DNA of 64,000 nucleotides from Planctomycetota bacterium (lineage in GTDB: Bacteria > Planctomycetota > GCA-002687715 > CAIWVZ01), in NCBI GenBank assembly GCA_044222185.1, contig JBGANV010000003.1:416001-480000 (forward strand), written 5' to 3'. Every line of letters starts with the position of its first letter. Position 1 is the first letter of the stretch. Below, in pieces: positions 37,241-47,800 of this stretch. The notes beneath the pieces were generated by a model. The model was given only the letters and a program-made list of their open reading frames with translations, did not search any database and was not told the origin of the DNA. Made by a program: the position numbers and the translations under genes.

Positions 37241-39448
37241 TCACGGGTCTGGCCGGGACGCCGGCTCGTCGATCCCGCTCCACGGTTTCAGATCGGCGAG
37301 CGTGCTCGTCGCTCCTGCCGTCACCGGCACGCCCCACTTCGTGAAGAAGGGCGAGAGGTCGCGGCCTGCGGCACGGCTCATCCGCACGAGCCACTGGTCG
37401 CGTTTGTCTCCGTCCGACCTGGGACGCTCCGCCGCCGCGAGCGCGGCGTACTCCGCGAAGACGCGACGGTACAAATCCCAGCCGAACGCCTGCTGAATCT
37501 CCGCGTACATGCGGAGCGCGAGGAACGGATCCGACTTCCACTTGTCGAACGGCGCGCCGCTCGCGATGTGCTTGCGCGCGACGTCGGCCTTCCCCTTCAC
37601 CTGGGGAGAATCCCATGGCTTCACGCCGCCCACCCGCTCGGAGACGTAGAGCGAGAACAGGTTGTTCGTCACTTCGCCGGTTCCACCAAAGGTCCACGCA
37701 TCGCGCTGGCGGTTGTGTCCGAGCTCGTGCCAGAAGCCCCAGCCGGACGTTCCGTTCGTCAGGTACTTCACGTCGACCATGCGCGCGCCCGCATCGAGGT
37801 GCGTCATGATCGGGTAACCCGAATGCATGTAGCCGGCGCTGATCTGCACATCGGTCACGATGCGCTCGGGCCGCTGGTAGAGAGGCTCACGTCCCAGCTC
37901 CTCGTAAAGATCCATGACGCGGTCCCAGAACGCGAGCAGCGACTCCGGGTCGTCGAGCTTGCGGACGTGCTCGGACTTCAACGTCAGGACGATCTTCCGC
38001 GTCGCGAGCTCGGCCCACGGTCCGGGCGCGTGGCGGATGGTCGTTCGCCACTCGTCGACGGAGGTCACTCCCCGCCGGTACAACGGCGCGTGCACGACGC
38101 CGCCGATGGCGACGCGGACGGAGGTTGCCTTGCAGCCCTTCGGCACCTCCAGGTAGACGAGCCCTCCGTGCATGGTCGTGACGCGAAGGCTTGGACGATC
38201 GATCGGGAACGTGGCCGTCACCTCCGGATCGCGCGACCACGAATCCTTGCTCCACAGATCGTCCTCGTGGCACCCCACGCGCAGGCGCAACCCGAGCCTT
38301 GCCGCGTCCGCGGGAACGTCGATCATCACTGCGTCGCCCGCCGTCGCGAAGAGCCCAAGGCTCTGCCAGCCGTCGATCGCCAGCTCGACGTCGCGCTCCA
38401 CCCGAACGCGCGGGACGTCGCGCGGCACCACACCGGGAAACCATGCGGCATCGGGTGCGGCCGGGACCTGATCGATCGGCAGCCGCGCAGCGTCCTGATG
38501 GCGAAGGACGAGGCCAAGGCGCGCGATCACGTCCGCACTCTTCAGCGGCGAACCTTCTCCGGGCAGCTTCGGCGCGGACGCTGCGACGGCACCGCGAACG
38601 CGCGGCAGGAAGGTCGCGTCGTCCGGAGGCAGGGCACGGAGCGCATCGATGACGGTTCCGGTCAGGGCCGAAAGCCGCTTCGCATCGCGCTTCCCGCGAC
38701 TCTCGGTGGCGGAGAGAAGCTGGTCGAGAGCGTGCCCCGCGTGGACGCATCGACGGCGCTCCAGGTCCGTGTCCTGCGGCGGCATGCGCCCGAGGTATCC
38801 GTCCGACCACGCGAAGCCGGCCTTGCGGGCGAGTTGGTTGCCGCGGTGGTCCCGGTCGAGTCGCAATCCAGGATGGGTCTGCTTCCACCCCCACCCGAGC
38901 GAGGATGCGACGAACCCACCGCCGCGGAGGACGAAGCCTTCGACGTCGCCGAGTTGCTCCGCCGTCAAGTGCTCCGTATCGGCGACGATGACCGAGGCCC
39001 GCTCGATCGTGGACGGCCAGTCGAGGCCATGTCCGTCGACGACGGTGATCCCCGCTGCTCGGGCGCGCGCGCCGATCTCCGGAAGGTCGACGGCGAGCAC
39101 CGCGATCGTGGCATGGTCTCCCGCGGCCCAGCGCACGCAGTTCAGCACGAGCCTTCCGGTGTCGCCCTCGTCCATGGCGGCCTTGCCGAAGTAGCCGCCG
39201 TGACCGAACCCGACGACCCGCCCCTTCCCCATCCGCGCGGCGGCGACGGCGGCCTCGTCGCGCGCACCGTTCGACCACAGCGCCACGGCGAACGCCGACT
39301 CGCCGAAAACGACCAGAGGCCCGGGAGTCCCCGGCGCCGCGATCGCCTTCACCCCGGACAGCAGAGCATCGACGTCGGATCGAGTCTGAGCGCCCAGCGC
39401 GACGCCGAGCGCGGCCCACAGAACGTTGCAGCGGAGTAGGTGGCGCAT
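37241..39448 (-). CDS. Secreted M60-like (TCAF/enhancin-like) zinc metallopeptidase
   Basis: Signal peptide ALGA|Q. WQSLGLFA, GGLVY, APGPWAEL, DVQISAGYMHSGYP and gluzincin motif HELGH...GEVTNN. Confidence 0.93.
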   Translation of the reverse strand: MRHLLRCNVLWAALGVALGAQTRSDVDALLSGVKAIAAPGTPGPLVVFGESAFAVALWSNGARDEAAVAAARMGKGRVVGFGHGGYFGKAAMDEGDTGRLVLNCVRWAAGDHATIAVLAVDLPEIGARARAAGITVVDGHGLDWPSTIERASVIVADTEHLTAEQLGDVEGFVLRGGGFVASSLGWGWKQTHPGLRLDRDHRGNQLARKAGFAWSDGYLGRMPPQDTDLERRRCVHAGHALDQLLSATESRGKRDAKRLSALTGTVIDALRALPPDDATFLPRVRGAVAASAPKLPGEGSPLKSADVIARLGLVLRHQDAARLPIDQVPAAPDAAWFPGVVPRDVPRVRVERDVELAIDGWQSLGLFATAGDAVMIDVPADAARLGLRLRVGCHEDDLWSKDSWSRDPEVTATFPIDRPSLRVTTMHGGLVYLEVPKGCKATSVRVAIGGVVHAPLYRRGVTSVDEWRTTIRHAPGPWAELATRKIVLTLKSEHVRKLDDPESLLAFWDRVMDLYEELGREPLYQRPERIVTDVQISAGYMHSGYPIMTHLDAGARMVDVKYLTNGTSGWGFWHELGHNRQRDAWTFGGTGEVTNNLFSLYVSERVGGVKPWDSPQVKGKADVARKHIASGAPFDKWKSDPFLALRMYAEIQQAFGWDLYRRVFAEYAALAAAERPRSDGDKRDQWLVRMSRAAGRDLSPFFTKWGVPVTAGATSTLADLKPWSGIDEPASRPDP

Positions 39449-39759
39449 GGCTGAAAGCTTCGTCGGACGATCCCTCGGGTCAAGTCGGGACGCTGGATTC
39501 CCCCCCCACGTCGCACGCACGCCGAAGCGCCGTGAACGTCACGGGCGCGCGGAGTCCACGCGAAACGACCGGCGGATTCGTCCTCTGGGGTCGCGGGTTC
39601 GACCGTGGCCGACGTTTGGTCTCGCTCGGAGAGAACGCGCAGTTATCCTCCGCGACCAACATGGACTCGCCGGCGGGAATCCGTTCCCGTCGGCGCGCGT
39701 TTCGATCGAGGCCTCCACCCTGGGGCTGAGACCGCCTGGCAAACCACCGGAGATCCGCT

Positions 39760-40149
39760 TTGCTCGCACGCATCCTCGGACCGTACTCCAACACCGTCTA
39801 CACGATCCTGCGCGTCCTCGTCGGCCTGCTCTTCGCGTTCCACGGAATGCAGAAGATCTTCGGCGTGCTCTCGCCGCACGCCGTCGAGCTGTGGTCCCAG
39901 ATCTGGTGGGGCGGGCTCATCGAGCTCGTCACGGGCCTGGCCGTCGCCGTCGGCTTCTGGACGACGTGCGCCGCGTTCCTCGCGAGCGGGACCATGGCCG
40001 TCGCATACATCCAGTTCCATTGGAAGTTCGCCTTCGACTCCAAGTTCTTCCCGGGCGTGAATCAGGGCGAACTGGCCTTGGTGTACGCGTTCCTGTTCCT
40101 CTACATCGCGTGCCGTGGTGGTGGACGGTGGAACTGCGACAAGCCCTGA
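39760..40149 (+). CDS. DoxX family membrane protein
   Basis: TTG after GGAG. LRVLVGLLFAFHGMQKIFG, IELVTG, SGTMAVAY and N.GELA. Confidence 0.92.
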   Translation: MLARILGPYSNTVYTILRVLVGLLFAFHGMQKIFGVLSPHAVELWSQIWWGGLIELVTGLAVAVGFWTTCAAFLASGTMAVAYIQFHWKFAFDSKFFPGVNQGELALVYAFLFLYIACRGGGRWNCDKP

Positions 40150-40413
40150 CGCTTCACCCGTGTCTCCGGCGGTGACCTGCACTTAGGACGTTCATCGGTC
40201 GCCGACCACGTACCGGATCACCGGTCGTGGCGCGACCGAGCGCCTCGACCGCGCCGTGTGAATGCGCGTCTGCCGGCTTGCGATCGTGCCGAGACGTGTT
40301 TCGATCTGCCCCCACACGCGGCGAGCGATCGCTCGATCCATGTCCGGCGACATGGGCACCGCCTGGTGGCATGCCGCTCGAACGAACCTCGGCCAAGACG
40401 AAAGGCCCACCCG

Positions 40414-40971
40414 ATGCTTCGCAAGCTCTTCCTGTTCCTCCTCGCCGTCATCGTCATCCTCGTCATCGTCATCGCCACGCGCCCGGCGACGTTCCGCGTC
40501 GAGCGCTCGACGTCGATCGCGGCGTCTCCCGAGGCGGTGTTCGCCCAGGTGAACGACTTCCACAACTGGGTCGCGTGGTCGCCGTGGGAGAAGCTCGACC
40601 CGGAAATGAAGCGTACGTTCGGCGGCCCGGCGTCAGGCAAGGGATCGACCTACGGCTGGGTGGGCAACGACAAGGTCGGCGAAGGGAAGATGACCATCGA
40701 GCAGAGCACGCCTCCAGCCGCACTCGGGATCAAGCTCGAGTTCATCAAGCCGTTCGAGCAATCGAGCGACGTGAAGTTCGCGTTCTCGCCGGAGGGCGCG
40801 GGGACGAAGGTGACGTGGTCCATGGAAGGAGAGAACAACTTCCTTTCGAAGGCGTTCTCGCTGTTCATGGACATGGACAAGCTGGTCGGTGGCGACTTCG
40901 AACGCGGCCTCGCGTCGCTGAAGACGACGGCCGAGGGCGCCGGGGCCCAGAAGGCCACGACGACGAAATGA
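40414..40971 (+). CDS. SRPBCC (START/polyketide cyclase-like) family protein with N-terminal anchor
   Basis: Hydrophobic N-terminus. F.VERS..I.A.PE.VF..VNDFH.W..WSPW and GGDFERGL..LK. Confidence 0.92.
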   Translation: MLRKLFLFLLAVIVILVIVIATRPATFRVERSTSIAASPEAVFAQVNDFHNWVAWSPWEKLDPEMKRTFGGPASGKGSTYGWVGNDKVGEGKMTIEQSTPPAALGIKLEFIKPFEQSSDVKFAFSPEGAGTKVTWSMEGENNFLSKAFSLFMDMDKLVGGDFERGLASLKTTAEGAGAQKATTTK

Positions 40972-41116
40972 CCGGCCTGCGGCCATCGACGGCCGCGTGC
41001 ACGGTCGCGGAACCGGCGGCCGGCGGACTGCGTCCTCGACGCGGCCACGCCGACTTCCGGAGCGCAGGCGTGTGTTCGATCGCGGCGCCGCGTGACGCGG
41101 AACCTGGCGGATGCCG

Positions 41117-41647
41117 ATGGCGACTCTCTACATCCTCGCATTCCCGGACTTCGACGAGGCCGACGGCCGCTTCGTCGACTCGTTCCGCACCGCCCACGAT
41201 CTTCGGAAGTCGAAGCTCGTCGCGCCCCACTTCACTCTGATGTTCGGCACCGACGTTCACGGCCCGGACGTGACCGTCGACGCGGCGAGGGCCGCGGCCG
41301 CGTGCACACCGCCGTTCCAGTTCGCATGCAAGGAAGCACGACTGGGCACCGACCCGAGTGATTCACGCGGTCGCGTGTTTCTGGTCCCCGAGACCGGTAG
41401 CGCCGAGCTGGCACTCCTGCACCGACGGGTCCACGCGGGTGCGCTCGCACCGCTGCTCACGGATGGAAGGCCCTTCGTTCCGCACATCACGATCGGCGAG
41501 ACGGCCGACATCGCCGGCGCCGCGGCCCTCTGCGCGCCGTTGAATCGAAGCGGACTCCATGTTCGCGGCGCGGTGCGCCACCTCTCCGTCTGCGCCCTGG
41601 CCGGGGATGTCCTCACCTCGATCGCGCGGCTCCCACTTGGTCACTGA
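41117..41647 (+). CDS. 2H phosphoesterase (2'-5' RNA ligase family)
   Basis: Two HxT motifs, PHFTL and PHITI. Start is 41111 or 41117. Confidence 0.85.
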   Translation: MATLYILAFPDFDEADGRFVDSFRTAHDLRKSKLVAPHFTLMFGTDVHGPDVTVDAARAAAACTPPFQFACKEARLGTDPSDSRGRVFLVPETGSAELALLHRRVHAGALAPLLTDGRPFVPHITIGETADIAGAAALCAPLNRSGLHVRGAVRHLSVCALAGDVLTSIARLPLGH

Positions 41648-41966
41648 CCTCGCGCCACGCGCGCACATCCGCACACATGGGAGCCCGACCGTGCGACATC
41701 GAACCCACGATGCCGCTCGGCATGTCCGAACGCGCGGCGCGGGCGTGGTTTTCACCGCTCGATGCGCGATTTCGAACGCAAGCCGTCGGTGAATGCGCGC
41801 ACCGAATACGCCGCGGTCGAGGGAAACAAACCAAACCACCCCCATGCGAACCCTGGGGCGCTCGCTCCCCGTGGCGCCGCATGACGTCGCGCCACGAAAC
41901 GAGGATTTCACCCGTGCGACACTGTTTGCGCACTGCGTCTATGATCTCGCCAACGGAGTGAACGAG

Positions 41967-44648
41967 ATGAGTGATGCGTTTTCCTGGCGGAGCCATGCGG
42001 CGATCGACCGCTCGATGACCCTTCTGTTCGCGGTGTTCGCGGTGCTGACGCACGTTGCGACGTCCCAATGCCCGGTTGCATTCGGACAACTCTCCGCGTC
42101 AGGCCTGCCCGGTCCCGCGAATGCAGTCGTCGAGTTCGATGACGGACGCGGGCCCGCATATTGGGTGGGCACATCCGGGGGCGTCGCACGGTGGGATGGC
42201 GCCACGTGGTCGTCCATCACATGCGTCGATCCGTCCGGTGTCCTGGCGGGTGTGGTGAATGCACTGGCGGTTCATGATGACGGCACCGGGCCTGCGCTCT
42301 ACGCGGGCGGGATGTTCTCGAGCATCGGCGGCGTCGCGGCGAACTCCATCGCGAAGTGGAACGGAACGACGTGGTCGCCGCTCGCGGGTGGGATTCCACA
42401 GCCAGGATTCGCCGTCGCCGTGCGGGCACTCCTGTCACACAACGAAGGCCAGGGGCAGCGGCTGTTCGCTGCGGGGAGCTTCCGGACGGCTGGAACCACG
42501 GCGGTCCCAGGGCTGGCGCGATGGAACGGATCCGCATGGTCCGCGGTAGGAACGGCGACCGGCGGAGCAGCACAGATGTTCGCGCTCGCTGCGTTCCCGC
42601 CTGGGCCATCCGCGCAGCTTCACGTCGGTGGCGGGTTCAATGGCTTCGCGGGGACGGCCGCAGTGAACGTCGCCCGATGGAACGGCACTTCGTGGTCTGC
42701 GGTCGATCCAGGCGCATTCTCGGGCAGTGACTCCGTCTACGCCCTCGAGAACTATGACGACGGCAACGGCCCCCGTCTCTACGCCGGAGGACAGCTGCCT
42801 ACCTTGGGGCACATCGTGCGTCTCGTTGGAAACAGCTGGACGACGCTCGGACCGAGCCTCGGCATCAGTGCGAGCGGCGGCGTTTTTCCCAGCGTCCAGT
42901 CCCTCGCAGCCCACGGGACGGCACCAAACAGTGCTCTCTTCGTCGGCGGAGTGTTCACGAGCGCGGGCCCGGTGTCGACGCCGAACGTCGCGACCTGGAA
43001 CGGCACCTCGTGGGCCGCGGCCGGTGCAGGCCTGGACGCCATCGGGTTCTTCAGCTCGAACGTCGCGGGGCTCCGCTCGGTCTCCTCGTTGAACGGTCCC
43101 GAGGTGATCGCCACGGGATTCGTCCGGAGTTCGGGCTCGCAGGGAGTCGTCAACGTGGCGCGGTTCAGCGGAGGGTCCTGGTCCTCCGTGGGACGAGGGC
43201 TCGCGAGTTCGAGCGTCGAAAGCGTCGCCGCCATGAACGACGGAACTGGACCTGCCATCTACGCCATGGGCGCGGGGACGTGGCCTGCCGGAAACACGGC
43301 GGGTGGCGGCGTGGTCAAACTCGGCGCGTCCGGATGGGATTCCGCGTTTGGCACGGGAACGACGGGAAACGGCACGATCTCCAAGGTGATCCAACCCGCG
43401 ACGACGGGCTGGCCGCAAGTGATCGCCGCGGGCTCCTTCTTCACCATCGGAGGCGTCGCGGCGAACAACGTCGCGGCCTGGAACGGGACGAGTTGGGCGC
43501 CGCTCGGCGGCGGCTTGACCTCAGGCCCTTCAGCATCGAGCGTGCTGGTCTACGACATCGCGATGTACAACGATGGCACCGGTCTTGCGCTCTTCGCCGT
43601 GGGCCAGTTCTCGGTCGCCGGAGGACAAACGGTCAATCACATCGCGAAGTGGAACGGCACCGTGTGGAGTTCCGTCGCAGGCGGGATCGGAGGCGTCGGC
43701 GAGATCGTTCGCACACTCGAGCCGTTCACCGATGGATCGGGGACCGCTCTGTATGTCGGCGGGAACTTCACGACCGTGGGCGGACTTGGCGGAACGCCCG
43801 TCGTCACGCGGCGCGCGCTGGCTCGGCTTTCGGGAGCCGGTTGGTCGCAGGTCGGGCCAGGGATCACGACGGGCGACGTGTACGAGCTGAAGACGATCGC
43901 CGGTGTCGGTGGTTCGGACCTTTTCGTCATCGGCCAGTACACCTTCGCTAACGGCGTCGCGTCGCTGGGACGGTATCGCACCGGTAGCGTCCAACAGGTC
44001 GCAGCGCCGGCACCGTTCCCGGTACACGACGCCGCCATCTTCGACGACGGCACGGGCGCGACGACGTACGTCGGCACCACGTTCAGCCCGTTCATCGCCG
44101 GGAATCCATCGGGGCTGCTTCGACACAACGGGAGCGCCTGGGTCGTGGCGGGTCCGGGCGTCGTCGACGGCAACGTGAGCGCCGTCGACGTCCTGGACGA
44201 CGGCCACGGCCCGCGCCTGGTCTTCGGCGGTTCGTTCAATTCGGTCGGTGGGCGGTTCACCGGCCCAGTGGCGACCTACGGCGCCGAGACGCCGATCGCG
44301 TTCGTCGCGCAGAGCGCAGGAGCGGGAACGCCGACGAGCGTGACGTTCGATCGCCTCCGTTTCGCCCACGAGTACTTCGGCATCTTCAGCGTCGACATCT
44401 GCCCTGGACCCGTTGGATCCGGCCCCTATCTGGGGTTGTGCGTGCTGCCGGCGAGCATCCCATTCATCGACCTGCAGATCTCGGCCCCGATCGGAGTGAT
44501 CCCGTTCCACTTCCTCTCCAACGGTCCGACGATCACCTCGCCGCCGTTCGCACTCGCGACGGGATTCACGTTCGAGTGCCTCTGCCTCGAAGTCGTCGGC
44601 GGCACCCTCGGGTGCGTCTCTCCGGTGACCCGGTTTTCGGCTCAGTAG
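41967..44648 (+). CDS. Secreted beta-propeller repeat protein (WNG / DDG.GPALY repeats) with a C-terminal conserved module
   Basis: ATG after GGAG. Signal region ending VATS|Q. More than 10 repeats of V.AL..DDG.GP.LY.GG.F...GG..A..IA.WNG..WS. Confidence 0.88.
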   Translation: MSDAFSWRSHAAIDRSMTLLFAVFAVLTHVATSQCPVAFGQLSASGLPGPANAVVEFDDGRGPAYWVGTSGGVARWDGATWSSITCVDPSGVLAGVVNALAVHDDGTGPALYAGGMFSSIGGVAANSIAKWNGTTWSPLAGGIPQPGFAVAVRALLSHNEGQGQRLFAAGSFRTAGTTAVPGLARWNGSAWSAVGTATGGAAQMFALAAFPPGPSAQLHVGGGFNGFAGTAAVNVARWNGTSWSAVDPGAFSGSDSVYALENYDDGNGPRLYAGGQLPTLGHIVRLVGNSWTTLGPSLGISASGGVFPSVQSLAAHGTAPNSALFVGGVFTSAGPVSTPNVATWNGTSWAAAGAGLDAIGFFSSNVAGLRSVSSLNGPEVIATGFVRSSGSQGVVNVARFSGGSWSSVGRGLASSSVESVAAMNDGTGPAIYAMGAGTWPAGNTAGGGVVKLGASGWDSAFGTGTTGNGTISKVIQPATTGWPQVIAAGSFFTIGGVAANNVAAWNGTSWAPLGGGLTSGPSASSVLVYDIAMYNDGTGLALFAVGQFSVAGGQTVNHIAKWNGTVWSSVAGGIGGVGEIVRTLEPFTDGSGTALYVGGNFTTVGGLGGTPVVTRRALARLSGAGWSQVGPGITTGDVYELKTIAGVGGSDLFVIGQYTFANGVASLGRYRTGSVQQVAAPAPFPVHDAAIFDDGTGATTYVGTTFSPFIAGNPSGLLRHNGSAWVVAGPGVVDGNVSAVDVLDDGHGPRLVFGGSFNSVGGRFTGPVATYGAETPIAFVAQSAGAGTPTSVTFDRLRFAHEYFGIFSVDICPGPVGSGPYLGLCVLPASIPFIDLQISAPIGVIPFHFLSNGPTITSPPFALATGFTFECLCLEVVGGTLGCVSPVTRFSAQ

Positions 44649-44828
44649 CGGAGCGTCGCGCGACGCGGTGCGCCCACGGCTGGGCCCGGGGGCGGAAGCG
44701 TCGGGCCGGGCGGGCGAAAAAAAACAGCGCATTCCATGTAAGCGGGAGCTCGGCGCCCAAAAGGCGGAGTCGGCGACGCGACACCGGCCACTGTCGTCCG
44801 GTCTCACGTCGGGAAAGCGACTCCGATC

Positions 44829-47800
44829 ATGGAACCCCGTCGACGCATACCAATCCTGCTCGTCACCGCCCTGCTGATCGCGCCGGCAGGGGCGCAGTCC
44901 CTCATCCAGCAGTTCGTCGGAGCACCGGGCGACCAGCTCGGCGCGACCGTGGGCGCGCTCGGCGACCTGGATCATGACGGCTGGAACGAGGTCATCGTGG
45001 GAAGCCCCCACGTGGGCAAGGCCGTCGTCTACAACGGTCGAACGTGGGCGGTCATGCACACCGTCACCGGCCCTGCGAGCGACCGATTCGCTGCCGTCGT
45101 CGGCAGCGCGGGTGATTTCGACGGCAATGGCACGTCCGACTTCTTCGTCTCGTCACCGGACTACTCCAGTCCGCTCGGGCAGCCGTTCGTCGGTCGCGTG
45201 CAGATCTGGTCCGGGTCTACGGGCGTTCCGCTCGCGACGATCCAGTTCGGCGTCTCCAACTCGCACTTCGGGACGTCGGTGCTCTCGATCGGCGACGTCG
45301 ACGGCGACGGAAGGAGCGAGATCGTCGTCGGCGCCGCGAACTACTTCAACAATCGGGGAACCCTCCGAGCCTACCGCGGCGGCACCGCCACCCAGTATTG
45401 GGGCTTCGACAACGCGACCAACGATCAGTTCCTCGGCACGTCGCTCGCGAGCCTGGGCGACGTGGACGGTGACGGCCGAACGGATTTCGTCGTGGGCGCA
45501 TCCGGGACGTTGACGTTTCCGTCGGCACCGGGGTTCTTCCGCGTCTACTCCAGCGCGACGCTGACCGAACTCGGCACGGAGTACGCCGCGAGCCTTCAGA
45601 CGGGCTTCGGTTCCTTCGTGGCGGGCATCGGCGACCTGGACGGCGACGGCAGGAGCGAGATCCTGGCCGGCTCCGCGCCGCTCAACGGAACGCTCCTGCC
45701 CGAGGCCCGCATCTACCGCTTCGCGGGTTTCGATCTCCTGCACGTGCTGCCAGGCCGCATCGGTGGCGCTGGCGCCGTGGGAGACCTGGATGGTGACGCT
45801 CGATCCGAGTTCATCGTCGCGAGCCCGACGGCGAACGGGAGCGGAAGCCTCGGCCTGTACTCGGGCGCGAGCTTCCTCCCCCTGCGGTCCTGGCAAGGCA
45901 CCGCCGCCGAGTCCCTGGGTGCCGCGGCCGCGGTGATCCACGGCGTTTCGGGGCCGGCCCCGCTGGCGATCGTAGGCGCACCGTTCTCGAGTGCCGGCGG
46001 CACTGCAAGCGGAGCCGCGAGAATCATCAACCTGGGGACGTACCCGGGTTCCGGGCGGGACTTCGTCCTCGGTACGGCCGTCAACCAACCGGGGGCTACG
46101 CCCGTGACGAGCGCGCGCGACGTTTTCGACCTCGGAGACACGGACGCCCTCACGCTCCGCTTCTTCTCGCCCGCGGGCACCGCGGCGCAGGATCCGCTGT
46201 ACATCGCCGTGATGCCGTTCGCGACGGGAGCCTACCCAGGGCCGACGGCCGGCTTCCCTTCGATCGCGTTGAACCTCGCGCCACAGAACCCGGTGGTGCT
46301 GCTCTCGGGCACCGCGGGTACGCCCCTCGGCGCGACGACGCTCTCGACATCGGGCTTCACGCTCTCGGCGCAGGGTTGGTGCGACCTGGGCGACACGAGC
46401 TACCTCGTCCAGGCCGCAGTGACGGACCCATCGCTTCCCGGTGGATTCGCCACGACGAACGCCGTGGAGCTCCGTGCGGCGGACTGCCCCGTGTACGTCT
46501 CGGCATCGAGCGGTTCCGATGCGAACGCCGGTGATCGCGGCACTCCCGTCGCGACGATTGCGCGTGCGCTGCAGATCGTCCAGTCGTTCGGCGTCCTTCC
46601 GAGTGGTCGTCACCGGCCGATTCGGATCGCATCTGGCGATTACACCGTCGGGGCGACGACGATCAGCATTCCCGTCGACATGCAGGGGTCGCTGAACGCG
46701 ACGACGTGGTTGCCCGAGTCGACCGTGACGACGACCTGGCACGTCCCGTCGAGCGGCGCGCGGTTCCACGGGATCACCGGCTCGTCGACGGTGAAGCGCA
46801 TCCGCTTCATCGCCGCGCCCGGCGCCGACGGAGGGACGTTCCTTTCGGTTCCAGCCGAGTCTTCCATCGCGGTTCGCGTGACGTCCTGCCCGAACGGGCC
46901 TCGCTTCGAAGGATGTGAGTTCCGCGCTGCAAACGGCGGCAACGGCCAGACCGGCTTCACGGGCTCCGCTGGCGCGCCGGGCGCTGCGGGATCCTCCGGG
47001 ATCGCCGGCTCCTTCTGCCATGGCAACGCGTTTTGCCGCGCGGCGGGTGGCGTCCACGGCTCGGGAGGGACGGCTGCCCAGGACGGCGGCGATGGCGGAA
47101 CGGGCGGGTTCTGGGCGGAGAACGGTTCGAGCGGCACGTCGGCGCCAGCCGGTGCCTGCGGTGGAGCGGGCGGTCAGTACGTCACCTGTGACAACGGCTA
47201 CTTCGGAACGAGCGGGTGCTGGGGGTCGACCGGGGCCCACGGCGGGATGGGCGGCGCCGCGCTCCTCGGCTACGCGACGGCGATCGGATTCGACGTGGGC
47301 GTTCCCGGCACGGCGGGATCCCATGGCTCGAACGGCACCGCAGGTGGCGGTGGTGGTGGCGGGTCCGGCGGAGCGGGCGGCTGCTTCGTCGGTGCGCATG
47401 GCGGCGGTGGCGGCGGCGGCGGTGCCGCCGGCATCGGCGGCTCGCCCGGTTCCGGTGGTGGCAACGGCGGTGCGTCGTTCGCCGTGTTCATCTGGGGTGC
47501 CCTCCCGACCTTCGACGGATGCCTCTTCGCCGCGGCCCAGGGTGGAAGCGGTGGCACTGGAGGATCGGGTGGCGCAGGTGGAGCCGGTGGCGTGGGCGGC
47601 ATCGGGGGCGATGGCGACATCTTCACCGTTCCGCCGTTCAACGCCGTCGTGGCCGGCGGCCCGGGCGGAAGCGGCGGTTCGGGCGGCTCCGGTGGCGCGG
47701 GCGGCGCGGGCCAGGGCGGCCACGGCGGGCCGAGCTTCTGCGTGTACCGCGCGCTCGGCGCGTTCCCCGTCCTGACGAATCCGACCTACGTCACGGGAAT

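Noticed and set aside
40181-40187. ACTTAGG half-site matching the ArsR operator, upstream of the other SRPBCC gene
   Set aside because: Only one half-site is present, about 225 nt from the start, which is compatible with chance.
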